Below are positions 25,785-39,184 of a stretch of DNA of 63,770 nt, piece after piece (the stretch's first letter is position 1; each line of letters opens with the position of its first letter). The position numbers were made by a program, and so were the translations under genes. The stretch covers positions 141,290,202 to 141,353,971 of the forward strand of contig NC_068984.1 in the NCBI RefSeq assembly GCF_001194135.2, written 5' to 3'. Source of the DNA: Octopus bimaculoides. Its lineage: Eukaryota. The notes under the pieces were generated by a model. That model had not been told where the DNA came from and ran no database searches. It saw only the letters and a program-made list of their open reading frames with translations.

Positions 25785-26220
25785 TCGTTGTTAATGTCAG
25801 CTTTCCATGCTGGCATGGGTTGGACGGTTTGACTGAGGACAGGTAAGCCAGAAGGCTGCACCAGGCTCAATCTGATCTGGCAAAGTATCTACAGCTGGAT
25901 GCCCTTCCTAACACCAACTACTCCGAGAGTGTAGTGGGTGCCTTTACGTGCCACCGGCACAAGGCCCAGTCAAGCGGTTCTGGCAACAACCATGCTCAAA
26001 AGGTGTTTTTTACGTGCTATCTGCACGGGAGCCAGTCTGGCGGCACTGGCAACGGCCATGCTTGAATATTGTTTTTCATGTGCCAGTAAGGCGATGCTGG
26101 CAACGATCATGCTTGAATGGTGCTTTTTACGTGCTACCAGCACGGGAGCCAATCCGTGGCCCTGGCAACGGTCACACTCAGATGTGCTTTTAACCTTCCA
26201 CTAGCACGAGTGCCAATCAG
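25785..26220 (-). mobile_element. RTE 3' UTR copy with 4-5 internal modules of about 65 bp
   Basis: Same UTR core followed by repeated gtgctttt(t)acgtgcc modules. Confidence 0.85.
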
Positions 26221-29200
26221 GTGAGGCTTTTGAATTACAGGCACAGTCCATCCAGTGGGCTTAATACCACCACCTAGCACCCCCGGTGTCTTCAGTGGAG
26301 CCCATTCCGTTGCCAGCATTTGGTCCAGCTTTCTAGTTTGTAGATACCCTCCTCTCTCGCCAGTCTCAGAGGCCCTGTGGAAGGTCCTAGACATGCCTTC
26401 CCTCTTGCCAAAAAGATAAAAAACAAAACAAAAAAAAAAACCTATTTTGCTGAGGGCTTCAGTTGACCCAAAGCTATAAGAAAGATGCTGTGTAGTGGAA
26501 TTGGACTTGGGAGTTCATTGTGGTGAAGCAAACTTTGTGTGTGTGTGTGTGTGTGTGTGTAAACTGTTGTTGGATCTGGCTTATTTCTCTTAATGATAGA
26601 AAAACAAAATTGGGTAATCCTTCCTAGCTGGGTTTTCCTGTACATACACCTGGCATGGAAACTGGCATAAATACCTTTATTCTAAACCTTATCTACATTT
26701 TATTTTGCATTCACATATTCTATTTATAGTATTTTGGTATTATTTCTCATTGTCACTATCATCATAATTAACGTTATTGTATAGAAGTACACTACGCTTG
26801 TTTGCTAGTTTTTTCTTCCCCTAAATAAAAGAGACCCTTCACATAGTGGGGGGGTGGGAGAGGGAGGGAGTGTGTAGCTTTAAATAGTCTGGTGGTTTCA
26901 ACTTTTCTACAAGAGTGCTAAGCTTAAACAGTCTGCCTGAAACATACAGTAACAGCAGCAGCAGCAGCAGTAGCAGCAGTAGCAGCCCAGAAATTAGATG
27001 CCATCTAGGTTAAATGTGGGAGGCTGGAACTGTTTTCACTTGGAAATAAATGACTTGACATAGCAGGGGTGTAAACACTTTCTGGGGAATATTAGTATTT
27101 CCAGTCAAAGATTTGTTACCTACTGAGATGGAGACCTAGAAAGATAGGAGCCATGGATCTAAACACATTATCTCTTGCTTGTTTTGTGTGTGATTTAGTC
27201 ATTGGACTGCGGTGATGCGGGATTACCAGCTTAAATGGTTTAGTTGTCAAATAGTAAAGTTACAGGACAAACAACACCAGTTTTTAAGCAGTGTCGATGT
27301 AAAGAGCACTCACTGTCACTTCATTGTGGCTCTGTCACTAGAAAGTTTTATTGTTGAACTGGGACCAGAGAGAATCTCTTATCTGCATTGTCTCTCTCTT
27401 TGTTCATTCGTTTCTTCTCCAACTGGGATGCAACTACAGTCACTGTGAGACATTGAACCATCCAATTATTTCAGATCAATTAAATTCTTCATTTATGATT
27501 AACACACACACACACACAGTTCTCTTTACCAAGAAATAGTTGTATGACAAAAAACAATTCATGTAATCCCACCCACACACACAATGTAGGTGAATGCCTG
27601 ATCAAGATACTCGCGTCACAATTACAAGTTCCCGAATTCGATTCCACAGCATATCACTTTGTTCAAGATTTTTCACCCCGGGCCCCATGTTACCCTATTC
27701 TGCTGGGTGGGCTGTGTCTGTAAATGAGTGCCAGCCGCGTTAAAATTGTGATTCTAGGTTCTAATCTTATACAGCAGTATTGTGATAAATGTCTGTGGAA
27801 TACTCAGCGTATTAAATGTAGTACTATGGCCAGGTTGTTTTGTTTATTGAACACCTTTAGTGTTAAAAATCAATCTGAAACCCTCCATTTAATTAGATTT
27901 CTAGCAGTTGCTAATATCTTTGCTTTTTCTTGTCTTATTTGGCCTGGTTTTCATTTATCTTGTTAATATGCAGGGCTTTAAGGAAAAATCCCTTTCTTTC
28001 TTGGGTTAAAAAAACCAACAACAACAACAACAAACCACTAACTGCTGCTGTTGAGAAACTAGATGTTTCTTCGATGACTCATTCATCATCTTAGATGTAA
28101 AACTGGAGGGGACAAAAAGGGCTGCTGGAATGGACTGTTTCAGGCAGTTACTTGGAATTACATCAATGTATATACATACATATATATGTATATATATACA
28201 TATATATGTATATATATACATATATATGTATATATATACATATATATGTATGTATATATATATAATGTGCAAAGGCAGATTTTCATTCCCTTCCCTGTTC
28301 CCTATCTCTCACACTGCTAACACCTTCTGCCTTGTGTTGTGAAACTGTATTAACCTTCTGTTGTGATTGCAACCCATTACGCCCTGTTCCCCGCTAACCT
28401 CTATAACTGCGTTCTTGTCCAGCCCTTGCCCCCACCACTCTCAGCCCTGTCAAAATCTCCTTCAGCAGAAAATGTTGTTTAGGGTTCCATTACTCCTTGT
28501 AACAACACCTTGGGAATTATAGGGGATAGGGGTTGTTGGAGGTGGGGAGCCGGTAGATGGTTGGCTGGTTGGCTGGGGTTAAACTCACTTCTGCTGGCCT
28601 TGCCCCTTTGTCGTTCACTCTCTCTATTTCTTTTCCTATCTTCATCATTCTCTCTTTATTATTTTCTCTCCCCCACCTCTTTATCTCTTGTCTTTCTCTT
28701 TTTCTCTTCCTCTTATTTTCCTTCTTTCTCTCTCTTTTCCATCCTTTCTTTCTCACTATATATTTACCTTAATTTTCTCTTTTCTTCCCCCCCCCCCGCC
28801 TCCCTTACTGCCACCCCCTAATCTCCCCAGCTCCCTCTTCTGCACTTTTACATATTGTGTTGATAGTAAGCGTCATTCCATGAAATCTATTATAAACCGA
28901 CAACTATTCACCGTTCTATGTTTCCTTTTCTTTATTTCTGTTTAATCAGTTTTTGATCACTGATTGGATTAGAACTGCTGGTTTATTCATTCATGCAAAC
29001 AATTCTATTAATTTCATAATAAAGCTTGGTTTCTGAACCAGCTAGAACCAGCAGTCAAACCTCTCGTAAATCATACTCTGTATTTTAAAGAAAAAGATGA
29101 ACACATTGGATATTGTAGTCTTAGGTATGCTTGAAGTATGACTTCAACATGAAGAATTTCAATCATTTTACAAGAAATACATTATTTAAAAGCTTTAAAA

Positions 29201-29394
29201 AAAAATAAAACTTAAAAAAAAGAAATTTCCCCACTTCTTTTCACCTTGGGGCAGTTTATGGTAGAATTAAACATACTTGGATACAGGAGAGCTTTGCATG
29301 GAATAGATGGTTGTGGTATGGAAGCACAAAATAGACGTAATTGCTTTGGTTCGCTTGGTTCACCTTTTCTCACTTAACTCTTGTGATGCCTATT

Positions 29395-29726
29395 TATTCC
29401 CATCGTTTTAAATTAATCATGCATTATCTTGTAACTTCAAGGTTTCAATGATGTGCTTGTTACGCTTTTAGAATGACATTGTAGGCTTGGTGTGAGAGGC
29501 CAGATCTGGCTAGTTTGAACTGGCAGAATATTGAGGCTGGGTATAGCCAGTTTAACACTTTAGCATTCAGATTACTCTGTCAAATATAATTAATCATGTA
29601 TTATCTTGCTTCAGTCTTAGAATGGCATTGTAGGCTAAGTATGAGAGGCTGGATCTGTCTGGTCTGATCATAGAATGTGTAGAATATTGTGGAAAGGTAT
29701 GTCTAGTTTAAATGTTAAATGGTTAA
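29395..29726. mobile_element. Second piggyBac-type MITE family: a partial copy plus a deleted copy; other pieces at 36530-36590 and 54113-54315(-)
   Basis: ttaa-cactttagcattcagattac...tttaaatgttaaatgg-ttaa. Confidence 0.7.
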
Positions 29727-29799
29727 GTCTGTTCTGCTAACGAGAGAACTTCTCTGCGGTCACACACACACACATATATATATATATNNNNNNNNNNGT

Positions 29800-29853
<54 letters not shown>

Positions 29854-30212
29854 CACACACACATGTATTTAAAAACCTTTTTAAATAAGCATACTTTATA
29901 TATTTATCTATTAATACAATATTATTTATATTATGGACATATAATGTGATTTTTTAATGTAATTTTTCCTGCTCTTACTTTATAATTTATAGCTGCTCTT
30001 ATTAAATCTCTAAATACCTTTAAGGTTTTAGACATTTCCCTACCAAGAGCACTTATTCGAAATTCAGCATACTGTATTCTCATTGAATATATTTGATTAA
30101 CTATATATATATATATATATATATATGTATTTATATATATATCATCATCATCGTTTAACATCTGCTTTCCATGCTAGCACACACACATACATGTATGTAT
30201 ATATATATATAT

Positions 30213-30330
30213 GTAGGCTCGAAACATAAAAGACTTTCTCACTTCCCAAGCGTTAAACTAATACATCTGTTTGTTGTTTACACACCCGTCTTCGTCTTTT
30301 GTTGTTTTTTTTTTGTAAATTCTCACTACA
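30213..30330 (+). mobile_element. 5'-truncated copy of the same PLE terminal repeat (half hammerhead)
   Basis: gtaggctcgaaacataaaagactttctcacttcccaagcgttaaactaatacatctgtttgttgtttacacacc... is the reverse-complement homolog of 59800-59908. Confidence 0.75.
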
Positions 30331-31073
30331 CAAACATACACGTGTATACATATGCACATGCGGCGCCGAGCTGGCAGAAACNNNNNNNNNNNNNNNNNNN
30401 NNNNNNNNNNNNNNNNNNNNNNNNNNNNNNNNNNNNNNNNNNNNNNNNNNNNNNNNNNNNNNNNNNNNNNNNNNNNNNNNNNNNNNNNNNNNNNNNNNNN
30501 NNNNNNNNNNNNNNNNNNNNNNNNNNNNNNNNNNNNNNNNNNNNNNNNNNNNNNNNNNNNNNNNNNNNNNNNNNNNNNNNNNNNNNNNNNNNNNNNNNNN
30601 NNNNNNNNNNNNNNNNNNNNNNNNNNNNNNNNNNNNNNNNNNNNNNNNNNNNNNNNNNNNNNNNNNNNNNNNNNNNNNNATATATATATATATATATACC
30701 TCCCATACATTGAAGGTATGGGAGGTATAGAAAGTCAATTGGGAAAGCAATACTTGTCATTACCATCAATAAAGGAGACAGCTAAAGGGAAAAAAGTGGG
30801 TATTTTTGAAGAAAGATGCATTATTCATGCTGAGTTTAAGTGAGCTGCTTGGAAATGCATCACCAGAAAAGTGAGTGGGGAAGTCGGGTCTGCAATATCT
30901 GCAGACTTGTATATGTATCAAGAGCTAAGCTCATTAGTCACCAGTGGAGCCACAAATATGAAAGTATAATTTTGCCTGAGTGTACAGTGTTCCTAATGGT
31001 CAGTGATGGTCTTCTTTGGTCATGCGCAGACAGTCATCAGCTACTGTAATTGTTTGGTATATGAACAGTTTGG

Positions 31074-31865
31074 CTGCTTGTTTCTCTAGGACTGGACAAA
31101 TTGTTGGGGACAACTCTAATGTGAATCCAGTAAGATTCAAAAACTGATTAAGGTTGTTCAGTTTTTTTTTTTGAGTCTATGGAGAAACAGTTAAATCATC
31201 CAAATTTATAAAAGTACCATATAGGTTACATATATTATACCCTACCTTGACACTGTGTGGACTAGGATCTTTGTTGACAGGCCCCTGATATTTAGATGGG
31301 TTAACATTTACAGTATGCAAGTAGTAGCCTCTGTTTTCTGTATTTTTTGAGTATATTAACAATTGCGTAGGAGGGCTCCGAAAGGGATCTCAGCGAGTAG
31401 CGTCCCTGCCTCCCTGAGCTAGTTTTCCACCACATTCCTTAAAAAATCATGGTAGAAGCCTTGGTCTCAGGATCACTCATGTCTAGAAACTGAGGTTGGG
31501 GGTAAGCAAGGGCATGCTCCCTGTAGAAAATCCAGCTCCAAAAAAGCTTCATGATAGCAAAGGAAAATGGGCACCAGCCAGCCAGCCAGCCAGCCCAAAT
31601 GTTGGGGTGGGCTGCACCCTGCCTACCTCGGTTGCTATGGTGTTGAAGTAGATCCGGTTACCCTCGTTTACAGGAACAAAACCCGGGTTTAAAACACTGG
31701 ATGATGATGATGGGTGCTTGTTTCTCTGGGATTGGTTTTATTTGATGTGGACACCCCTGATGAGGAACCATTAAGATCTGAAAATCATTTGAGGTTCATC
31801 TTTTTTTCAGTCTATGGAGAAACAACTAAATTAGCCCTGTTTATAAAAATACTATATAGGTTACA
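31074..31865 (+). repeat. Two diverged direct repeats of about 160 bp (31074-31235, 31714-31865), each with a hammerhead-like core
   Basis: Ungapped 52-nt alignment of 31108-31159 with 31749-31800; shared flanks tgcttgtttctct.gga.tgg upstream and gtctatggagaaaca...tataggttac downstream. Confidence 0.7.
31365..31712 (+). mobile_element. 3' end of a second RTE-like family with (GAT)n tail
   Basis: Ends in gatgatgatgatg and shares the motif ggttggg..taag.aagggcat..c.ctgtagaaa with the main RTE UTR. Classification rests on these two features only. Confidence 0.6.
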
Positions 31866-32894
31866 CACACACACACACGCACACACTTGTGTGTCATGGT
31901 TATTTTACCGATGTAACATAGAGTTTCATATTGTTGGTTGTACATTTGCCTCCATCTAATGCTGTTATAAGATTGAACCTGTCATCATTACATGTGTCAC
32001 CACTCTCCATACTATCCATACTAATTTAGCTGTGGTCTCTTTCCTACTTCTCTCTGACTGGATGGCCATCCAGCCACCAGCTTCTTTGACACAGTAAACT
32101 CAATATTGTTAATGACGACAACAAAGAGGTTTCTTCCCCCACCTCTTTATCAATACTTCATCAATACTAAATCAATAAAATTTTTCGTACAGCTGCTGCT
32201 CTATCGAACATGAAATAGTTTAGCTGGTGAAGATTTCTCTTACTCCACCACACACACACGCACACACACATGTACCTGTGTTATTGCACACATTCTATTA
32301 CATGCACATCCTCTCTCTGTGCATGCTCCTTCACGTGCACTGTCATGCACGTGCACTGTCATGCACTTTTGTGTACATGTATTCTTTTGCGCACACACAC
32401 ACACACACACACACACTGTCTCTCCAACACATGCATTCTCTCCCTCTCTCTTTCCCCCTCCTGATCTCTCTCTGTTCCTCTCACATACTAAACTCAATCC
32501 ATTGATCTAGTTTTACCACTAAAATCAGGTTAATATGTAGGTTGAGTAATTATTATTATTTTTTTTGTCACAGCTGTTTTAATTAGATAGGACACTGTTT
32601 ACATATTGATTTTAATTGGTTAGGAAGGTATAACTGTAATATCACTGTCTCTCTCCCTTTCTCTCTTTCTTCACATCTGCCTCTCCCCTTCTCATACCCA
32701 ATGGTTCAGTAATTAACTGAATAAGATACCTTTAAACTGTACAACTGTATTGCAACACGTTTTGCCAGGGACAGTTTTAATTTTAGCTTTCATACTTCTT
32801 GGATTAATAAACTCACTTTTTATCCAAACCAACACGCTTCTCTCCTTGTGTCAAACTTAGAAATTGATGTCAATATCACTGTAACAACGACGGC

Positions 32895-33520
32895 CGCAAG
32901 TTGGCAGAATCATTAACATTGCCAGGCTAAATGCGTAGCAACATTTCGTCCATCTTTACATTCTGAGTTTAAATTCTGCCGAGTTGACTTTGCTTATCGT
33001 CCTTTTGTGGGGTTGATAAAATAAGCACCAGTCATATATTGGATTTGGTATAACCGACTTACCCCTTCCTTCAAAATTGCTGGCCTTGTGTCAAAATTTG
33101 GAACCAGTATTACTGTGTCAATGTCAGCTTTAGTACCAGTCATGTACTGGGGTTAATATAACCTGTCATACTGTCATTTAACACGTGTGACATTGTTCCT
33201 ATATTAGACTTTCTGTGCTGAGGTCATCTTCACCTTTTATCTTTCCATGGCATAAAATAAAGTTTCCCTTTAAAATACTGGAGATTTGTCTGTTTTTTTT
33301 AAATTTGAGTCCTTGTGCATCATAACCAAGTGCTTCAAATTTTGGTACAAGGCCTGCAGTTCCAGTAGAATGGGTAAGTTGATTACATCAACCCCCGTAA
33401 TCAGCTGGTACTTGTTTTTTTATCGAAGTTGACCTCGGTGGAAATTGAACCCGGGGCATAAAGACAGATGAAATGCTGCTGAGCATTTTGTTTGGTGTGG
33501 GAATGGTTCTGCCAGTTTGA
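32895..33520. mobile_element. Inverted pair of SINE B copies (+32895-33110, -33330-33520)
   Basis: Family core present on opposite strands. Confidence 0.8.
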
Positions 33521-34391
33521 TTGAGCTGGACTCAGTGAACCACGAACTTAAAATCTGAGTCCAGCGACACACATGCATGCACAAGTGCACACACACACAG
33601 TAAATCACACACTCAAAATTTGAGGCCAGCAACACATGCATGCACACTTGTGCATACATACATGCAGACACACACATGCAAAAGTGCAGATACATTTATA
33701 CGTGCATACATATGCATACACACGTGTACACATGGGTGTGTACACATACATGCACACATGCATATGCATACACACACACACACACAACTATTTCATCAAG
33801 CTATGATAAATGTGTTTAAAGAAAGGACAGCACTATAGAACTGTATTTCTTTCACCTTTATAGCTCCTGGCATAGCCTTCAGTTTTTTACTCCATTTTCC
33901 ATTCCTTTATATTTTATTCGCTATTTCTCTCTTTTGCCATATTTCTGATGATTTCGACCTTCCATATGTTGTTTGGAGGCAGAAAATTGTTTTTGCTGTT
34001 ATCATTGTCACTATCTTCTACAGTAGCCGTATTTACCTGGAATAATTCATCAACTCTTCTGACACTTTGGCTAATTCTGTGATATTCTTATCTCCACTTG
34101 CTCTCAATCTCACCGTTCTTCAATTTCTACCGCCAAGTACTCTTTGATGTTCTTGTAATTTATGTTTCTGTTTTGTTGCGAAGTATTTGATGATAGTTGC
34201 TCAAAGCTAAAATTTGGATAACAAGTCACTGAAGAACCAATTTGCCTGTTAACATTTCAAGCTGATGGTGTTAGGGGAGGGTAGGTGGGGCTTTTCTGCT
34301 GCCATTTATAAGGGAGGGAGGAGATAAAAGAACATTAGTTATTGCTTGTTGAGCTTTACCAAACAGGTGTTTTAGAATTGTGATGTTCACC

Positions 34392-34738
34392 ACCATCATC
34401 ATCCTCGTTTAACGTCCGCTTTCTATGCTAGCATGGGTTGGATAATTTGACTGAGGACTGGTGAACCAGAAGGCTGCACCAGGCTCCAATCTGATCTGGC
34501 AGAGTTTCTACAGCTGGATGTCCTTCCTAATGCCAACCATTCCGAGAGTGTAGTGGGTGCTTTTATGTGCCACCAGCACGAGGGCCAGTCAGGCAGTACT
34601 GGCAACAGCCATGCTTAAAATGGTGTATTTTATGTGCCACCTGCACAAGAGCCAGTCCAACGGCACTGGCAACAACCTCACTCAAATGATTTTCTAACGT
34701 GCCACCAGCACAAGTGCCAGTAAGGCGACGCTGGTAAC
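34392..34738 (-). mobile_element. RTE 3' UTR copy with 3 modules
   Basis: catcatcatcctcgtttaacgtccgctttc... matches the family UTR. Confidence 0.88.
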
Positions 34739-35023
34739 TAATAATAATCCAAAAGGTGATGAGTTGTTAGAGCTTTGGATAGACAACTCAGGGTATTAAT
34801 TGCATGTTTTCCGCTCCAAGTTCAAATCTTACTGACTTCATTTTTGTTTTTCATTCTTTCAGTGCCATCAAAAATGTAGGGCAGTGGATTCACTGACCCG
34901 TTTGAACGTTGGTCATATTGTCTTGCAGTAATCTGTTCCAACTCTTTGGCTTTGGCAACAATACTTGTGATGACATGGGTGCCTAGTTATACCAGTTCTA
35001 AAGTGGCAGCCTTTCCCTTAGAT

Positions 35024-35295
35024 CAGTGATTCTCAACGGGGTCCGCATGACCTTTGGAGATTCACACGACCCTTGGGGATCCACATGACCCTTGGGGATC
35101 TATATAAGATTTTGTTGTTGAAAATTATGTGCAATAAATTGGCTATACTTATTATACACAAAATATTTTAACTTTTATGCAATTCCTAATAACATTTAAT
35201 TATAAAAATATTATGGGATTTAAAAAAAAAAATTAAATGGTTATGGGGTCCAATGGAGTAAAATAAGATTCAAGGGGTCCAGAGGCAAAAAAACA
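35024..35295. mobile_element. hAT-like MITE relic; related fragment at about 46419-46490
   Basis: Begins CAGTGATTCTCAAC, a hAT-type terminus, with internal ggggatcc repeats. The far end and TSD were not resolved. Confidence 0.5.
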
Positions 35296-37404
35296 AAAAA
35301 ACCCATGTCTTCATTCTGTTGGAAGGAAAAAAATTTATTTTTATATAATGCATTGTGGCATTATATAAAAGGCTGATCAATCAACCTGTAACTGTTGCTC
35401 TTTGGAACTAACGGCCTTGTGGTCAGAAGAGAAGGAATTGAGACTTGCACAATGTTTGCTTACCCCTGTCAACCAACCTATTTATGAATCTGTTTCTCAT
35501 GTATGTCCAATGTTCATGTGTTTTAATTAATTTTGAAAATAAGCATGAATTTTGGGAGATTTAGTAAAATAACAAACCATATTGTTAGTTCTAGTGTTTG
35601 GATCACAACAAAAGCTACATAAAATTATGGTGGATAGCTTTAAACGACACACTTTAAAAGCAGAGGTTTTGTGTTTTAGAATCAGAGACAGTTTTAGACA
35701 GACTGGTTTCCAAAGGATTAAAGGGCTTTTGTTTATCAACTTTGCATTGGACTTGTAAGGAAACCATTGTTGTCCAGTCTAAACTGTGCTAAATTAGTTA
35801 AAACTATCCGTCATTTCTGCTTCTGTCATATTTGTTTTGTGTATAGCAGTGTGAAACAGACTACTGTATAGACATATTATTTATACATATGCACCAGATT
35901 TGAAATGACAGTCAGGAAACGTATTGAAACTTTAGAGTGAATGAGTTATTGATTTCTTTAGAGTTTTTCCTTCTTTGTCGGAGAAGGACCTTGAAAATAG
36001 CAGATATGAGTCATGTTTAATCTGTAATAATCTGTAAAAGTTTTGTCATTTATCTTTAGGTGTGACAGGAAAATAAATACATATGCTCATATATAGATAG
36101 ACTGAAGCTGTTGGGTCTTTTATGGTGTTTAGAGGAAGTAGATTTTAGTGTCTGTTTCAGATTGATGTCAAACCTATTATTAATTCATCATAATTGCTGT
36201 TTTTTTTTTTAGGCCACATGGTTAAAAAAAATTTGCTTTGCAAACCATGTAGTCAAGCGCTGGATTAACCATTAAGGAAAATAGGCATGTGCTTAGGGCA
36301 TCAAGGGACGGGGGCACCACAGAAATGAAAATGGTTTATGGCATGAAAGAAATCACTGTCTTTACCTTCCATTCTTTAGTGATAGACAAAGGACCATGAT
36401 GAATTTAATGACTAAAACCCCTTGACGTAGTGCCCTAGTTTGGCTGTGGTATAAAAAGAAATAAAATGATTTTTGTATTTCTGCATACTTGAGAAAACAT
36501 CCAAGATGGCCAAACGGTTAAGATGTTTAACCTTTTAGCATTTGAATTATTCAGTCAAATGCAATGCTTGTTTGTTCACACTTATGCTCAGATGTCTGGA
36601 TTCTGCACTCCAAGTCAGCTGTACGAGTCCAGTTCCCGCACCCATCCAGAAAGATCAAGGTCTCCAGGGTCTTGTACACTCTGAGTCTTGTTGGAGATGA
36701 ATGTTGCTCATGTCCAGCCTGAAATGCAGGAGGTCAGTGTTTATGCAGGAGAAATGTGGGTGGGGAAGGGACCTGGTCTAAAGGTATTTGCAACTAAGTG
36801 GACTCTACTGTGGACCAAGTCTACAGGTCTGAGACGTTTAAAGGACCAGTTGATGGTGGTGTTAAACTGGAGACTATATATAAATTATAGTCCAGTATAT
36901 AAATTATAAATTATTCTAGATAACAGACAAGTCAAGCTATGTAGCTGATGCTTGATTCCTCTTCCTCCCACCACTACCCTTAGCACTACTCTCCACTCCT
37001 ACCAAACCATCTCAGTTATTCAGGTTTATAAAATTATTTTAACCCCTTCCCCTTTGGTTTAATAGATTTATATTATCTATTAGAAGCAATGTAACAATCT
37101 GCTGCTATTTCAAGAATTTTGCTACATCAACTTTGGCACCAAACTCAGTTTTAATGACAGTTAACTAATACAGCTTGTCCTTGGGATATTTCTTCCGGTC
37201 ATTATTGTAAATTAGTGTTTTGTCCATTTTGGAAGAGGGCTGGCAGAGTTTCTAGAGAGGAGTGTTTTTTGTGGAGCAGGAAGATGTTTATTAAAACAAA
37301 ATTAGCTTCATGGTATTGGAATAATACTTACGTTATTGGAAAATGTGTTGCTGGAAATATTATTGGATGTGTAGTAGTAGTAGTGGTAGGAATTTTTTTT
37401 TTAT

Positions 37405-37575
37405 TTATGCGCCCTTTTAAAGCCTAGCCAGGCTCATGGACCCGGTTTCTTGGTTTCTATGACATATGTGTTCCCCCCAGCTGGACGGGATGCTAGTCCA
37501 TCGCAGCGTTACTCAAGGAACAGGAAGAAAGAGTGAGAAAAAGTTGGGGCGAAAGAGTACAACAGGGGTCGCCAC
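37405..37575 (-). mobile_element. SINE fragment combining a 23853-type middle with a 7435-type tail
   Basis: cttttaaagcctagccaggctcatgg...ccatcgcagcgttactcaaggaacaggaagaaagagtgagaaaaagttggggcgaaagagtac. Confidence 0.8.
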
Positions 37576-38745
37576 TTTAGTTTGGCATGATTTTTTTTTT
37601 TTTTCACTCCAGAAATTCTGTGTATGTATTTCGAAGAATTTCTGACTAAAAATGTTTCCAATTTATTAAAAATCTTCTAATTAAATATATGCTGGAGAAA
37701 TTCATTAATGTTTATTTTCACTTTTGAGATAAATATTACCAGATTCCAATGTGTTGATGAGTTTGATTAGATCTGAGTATATTTTCTCAAAGAGAGAGAC
37801 CGAATCTATGTAATGTAGCTAAAGAGATTCTTTGCCTGATATCAAGGTTGTAATTAAACTCTTATAATTCTGATGTGTTCTAGTGTCACTGTCATCATTA
37901 TCATCACACTCTCCTCCTCACCGCCACCACCACCAACAACAACAGCAACAACAACACCATATGTGTTGCTTCAGTTGGCCAGGTCGTCTCCAGTTTTCTG
38001 TTTTGCTGTTTGTTTCATTTCTCTGTCATTTCCCTCCTGCGTCTGGTTTTTGTCACATCTTACCATTCCTTCCTCTTCGGCATGATCCATTCCTTCAGAT
38101 TGCTAGCCACTGCTTTACCCGACTGCCATCATCCAATATGCAACACTAGTCTAGTTTTTTTTTTCACACATTTTATCTGGTTCCTCTTATATCCACTTTT
38201 TTTTTCTTCCTTCATTTCTACTCTATCGACATCCTGCTAAGCATGCTCACCTCATTTCATTCCAACCATCAAACATCCTCCATATTTCGTGCCTATCTTT
38301 TCTGTTATGCAACATTGAACATATACAAAGCATCATGCAATCTCCTGTTCACTTTCTGAGTGAAGGGAAGATTTTATGATACTTGTATATGTTGCCAGCA
38401 GAAGTAAAAGCTCCCTCAACTTTATCCGCTTCATCTACACTTTAGTTATTTCGCCTCCATTAATATTCTTTTCACCCTCTTCAGTTTTTTTTAATGGCTC
38501 ATGTTATAAAAGGAATGGTAGTGCAGATGACCATTTTAGGAATTCTGGTAGTTGGAAGGAAAGAAGTTGTTATCAAACTGGAGATTTGGCCCAAATGCTA
38601 CACCCGTGGGCCAGGTGTTGGTATTAAATAGTGACAGATTAAATTAGTATTTCATGATAATTACTTCTGTCATTAACCCTATATTGATGGAGTTTGAATA
38701 ACAATGATGTTGTGTTACATGTTGAACTTTAAAAAAGTCTTACAT

Positions 38746-38915
38746 ATAGGTGCAGAAGTGGCTGTGTGGTAAGTAGCTTGCTTACCAGCCACATGGTCCC
38801 GGGTTCAGTCCCACTGCATGGAACCTTGGACAATTGTCTTCTCCTATAGCCTTGGGCTGACCAGAGCCTTGTGAGTGGATTTGGTAGACGGAAACTGAAA
38901 GAAGCCCGTTGCATA
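38746..38915 (+). mobile_element. SINE family A, 5' half; further pieces at about 9320-9460, 10240-10390, 19350-19475(-), 44575-44745(-), 48125-48215(-), 56110-56290
   Basis: Family head with A- and B-box-like motifs. Confidence 0.85.
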
Positions 38916-39184
38916 TTTATATATGTGTATATTGTGTTTGTATATATTGTCCAATGAATGCAGGCATCGAAAAGTGTAAGGTAATTATGACTTGCTAGAA
39001 ATAGCTGCAGGTTATCATTTTTCTCAAATTATTTCCATCTTCAAAATAAAAGCATGATATAATAAATAATGTGGTCCATGATAGACTATGGCTAAAAAGA
39101 CCTAAAAACAGGGTAGTCAAGGCTGGAATACATTCGACAATAATGTATGTCAGATCAGGACTAAATGGCAATAGCATGGTTATA

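Noticed and set aside
33880-34240. Purine-skewed coding-like stretch; similar ones at 8270-8560, 15520-15970, 21880-22330, 36600-36870 and 52000-52560
   Set aside because: These are probably old retroelement debris, but I could not identify diagnostic motifs with confidence by eye.
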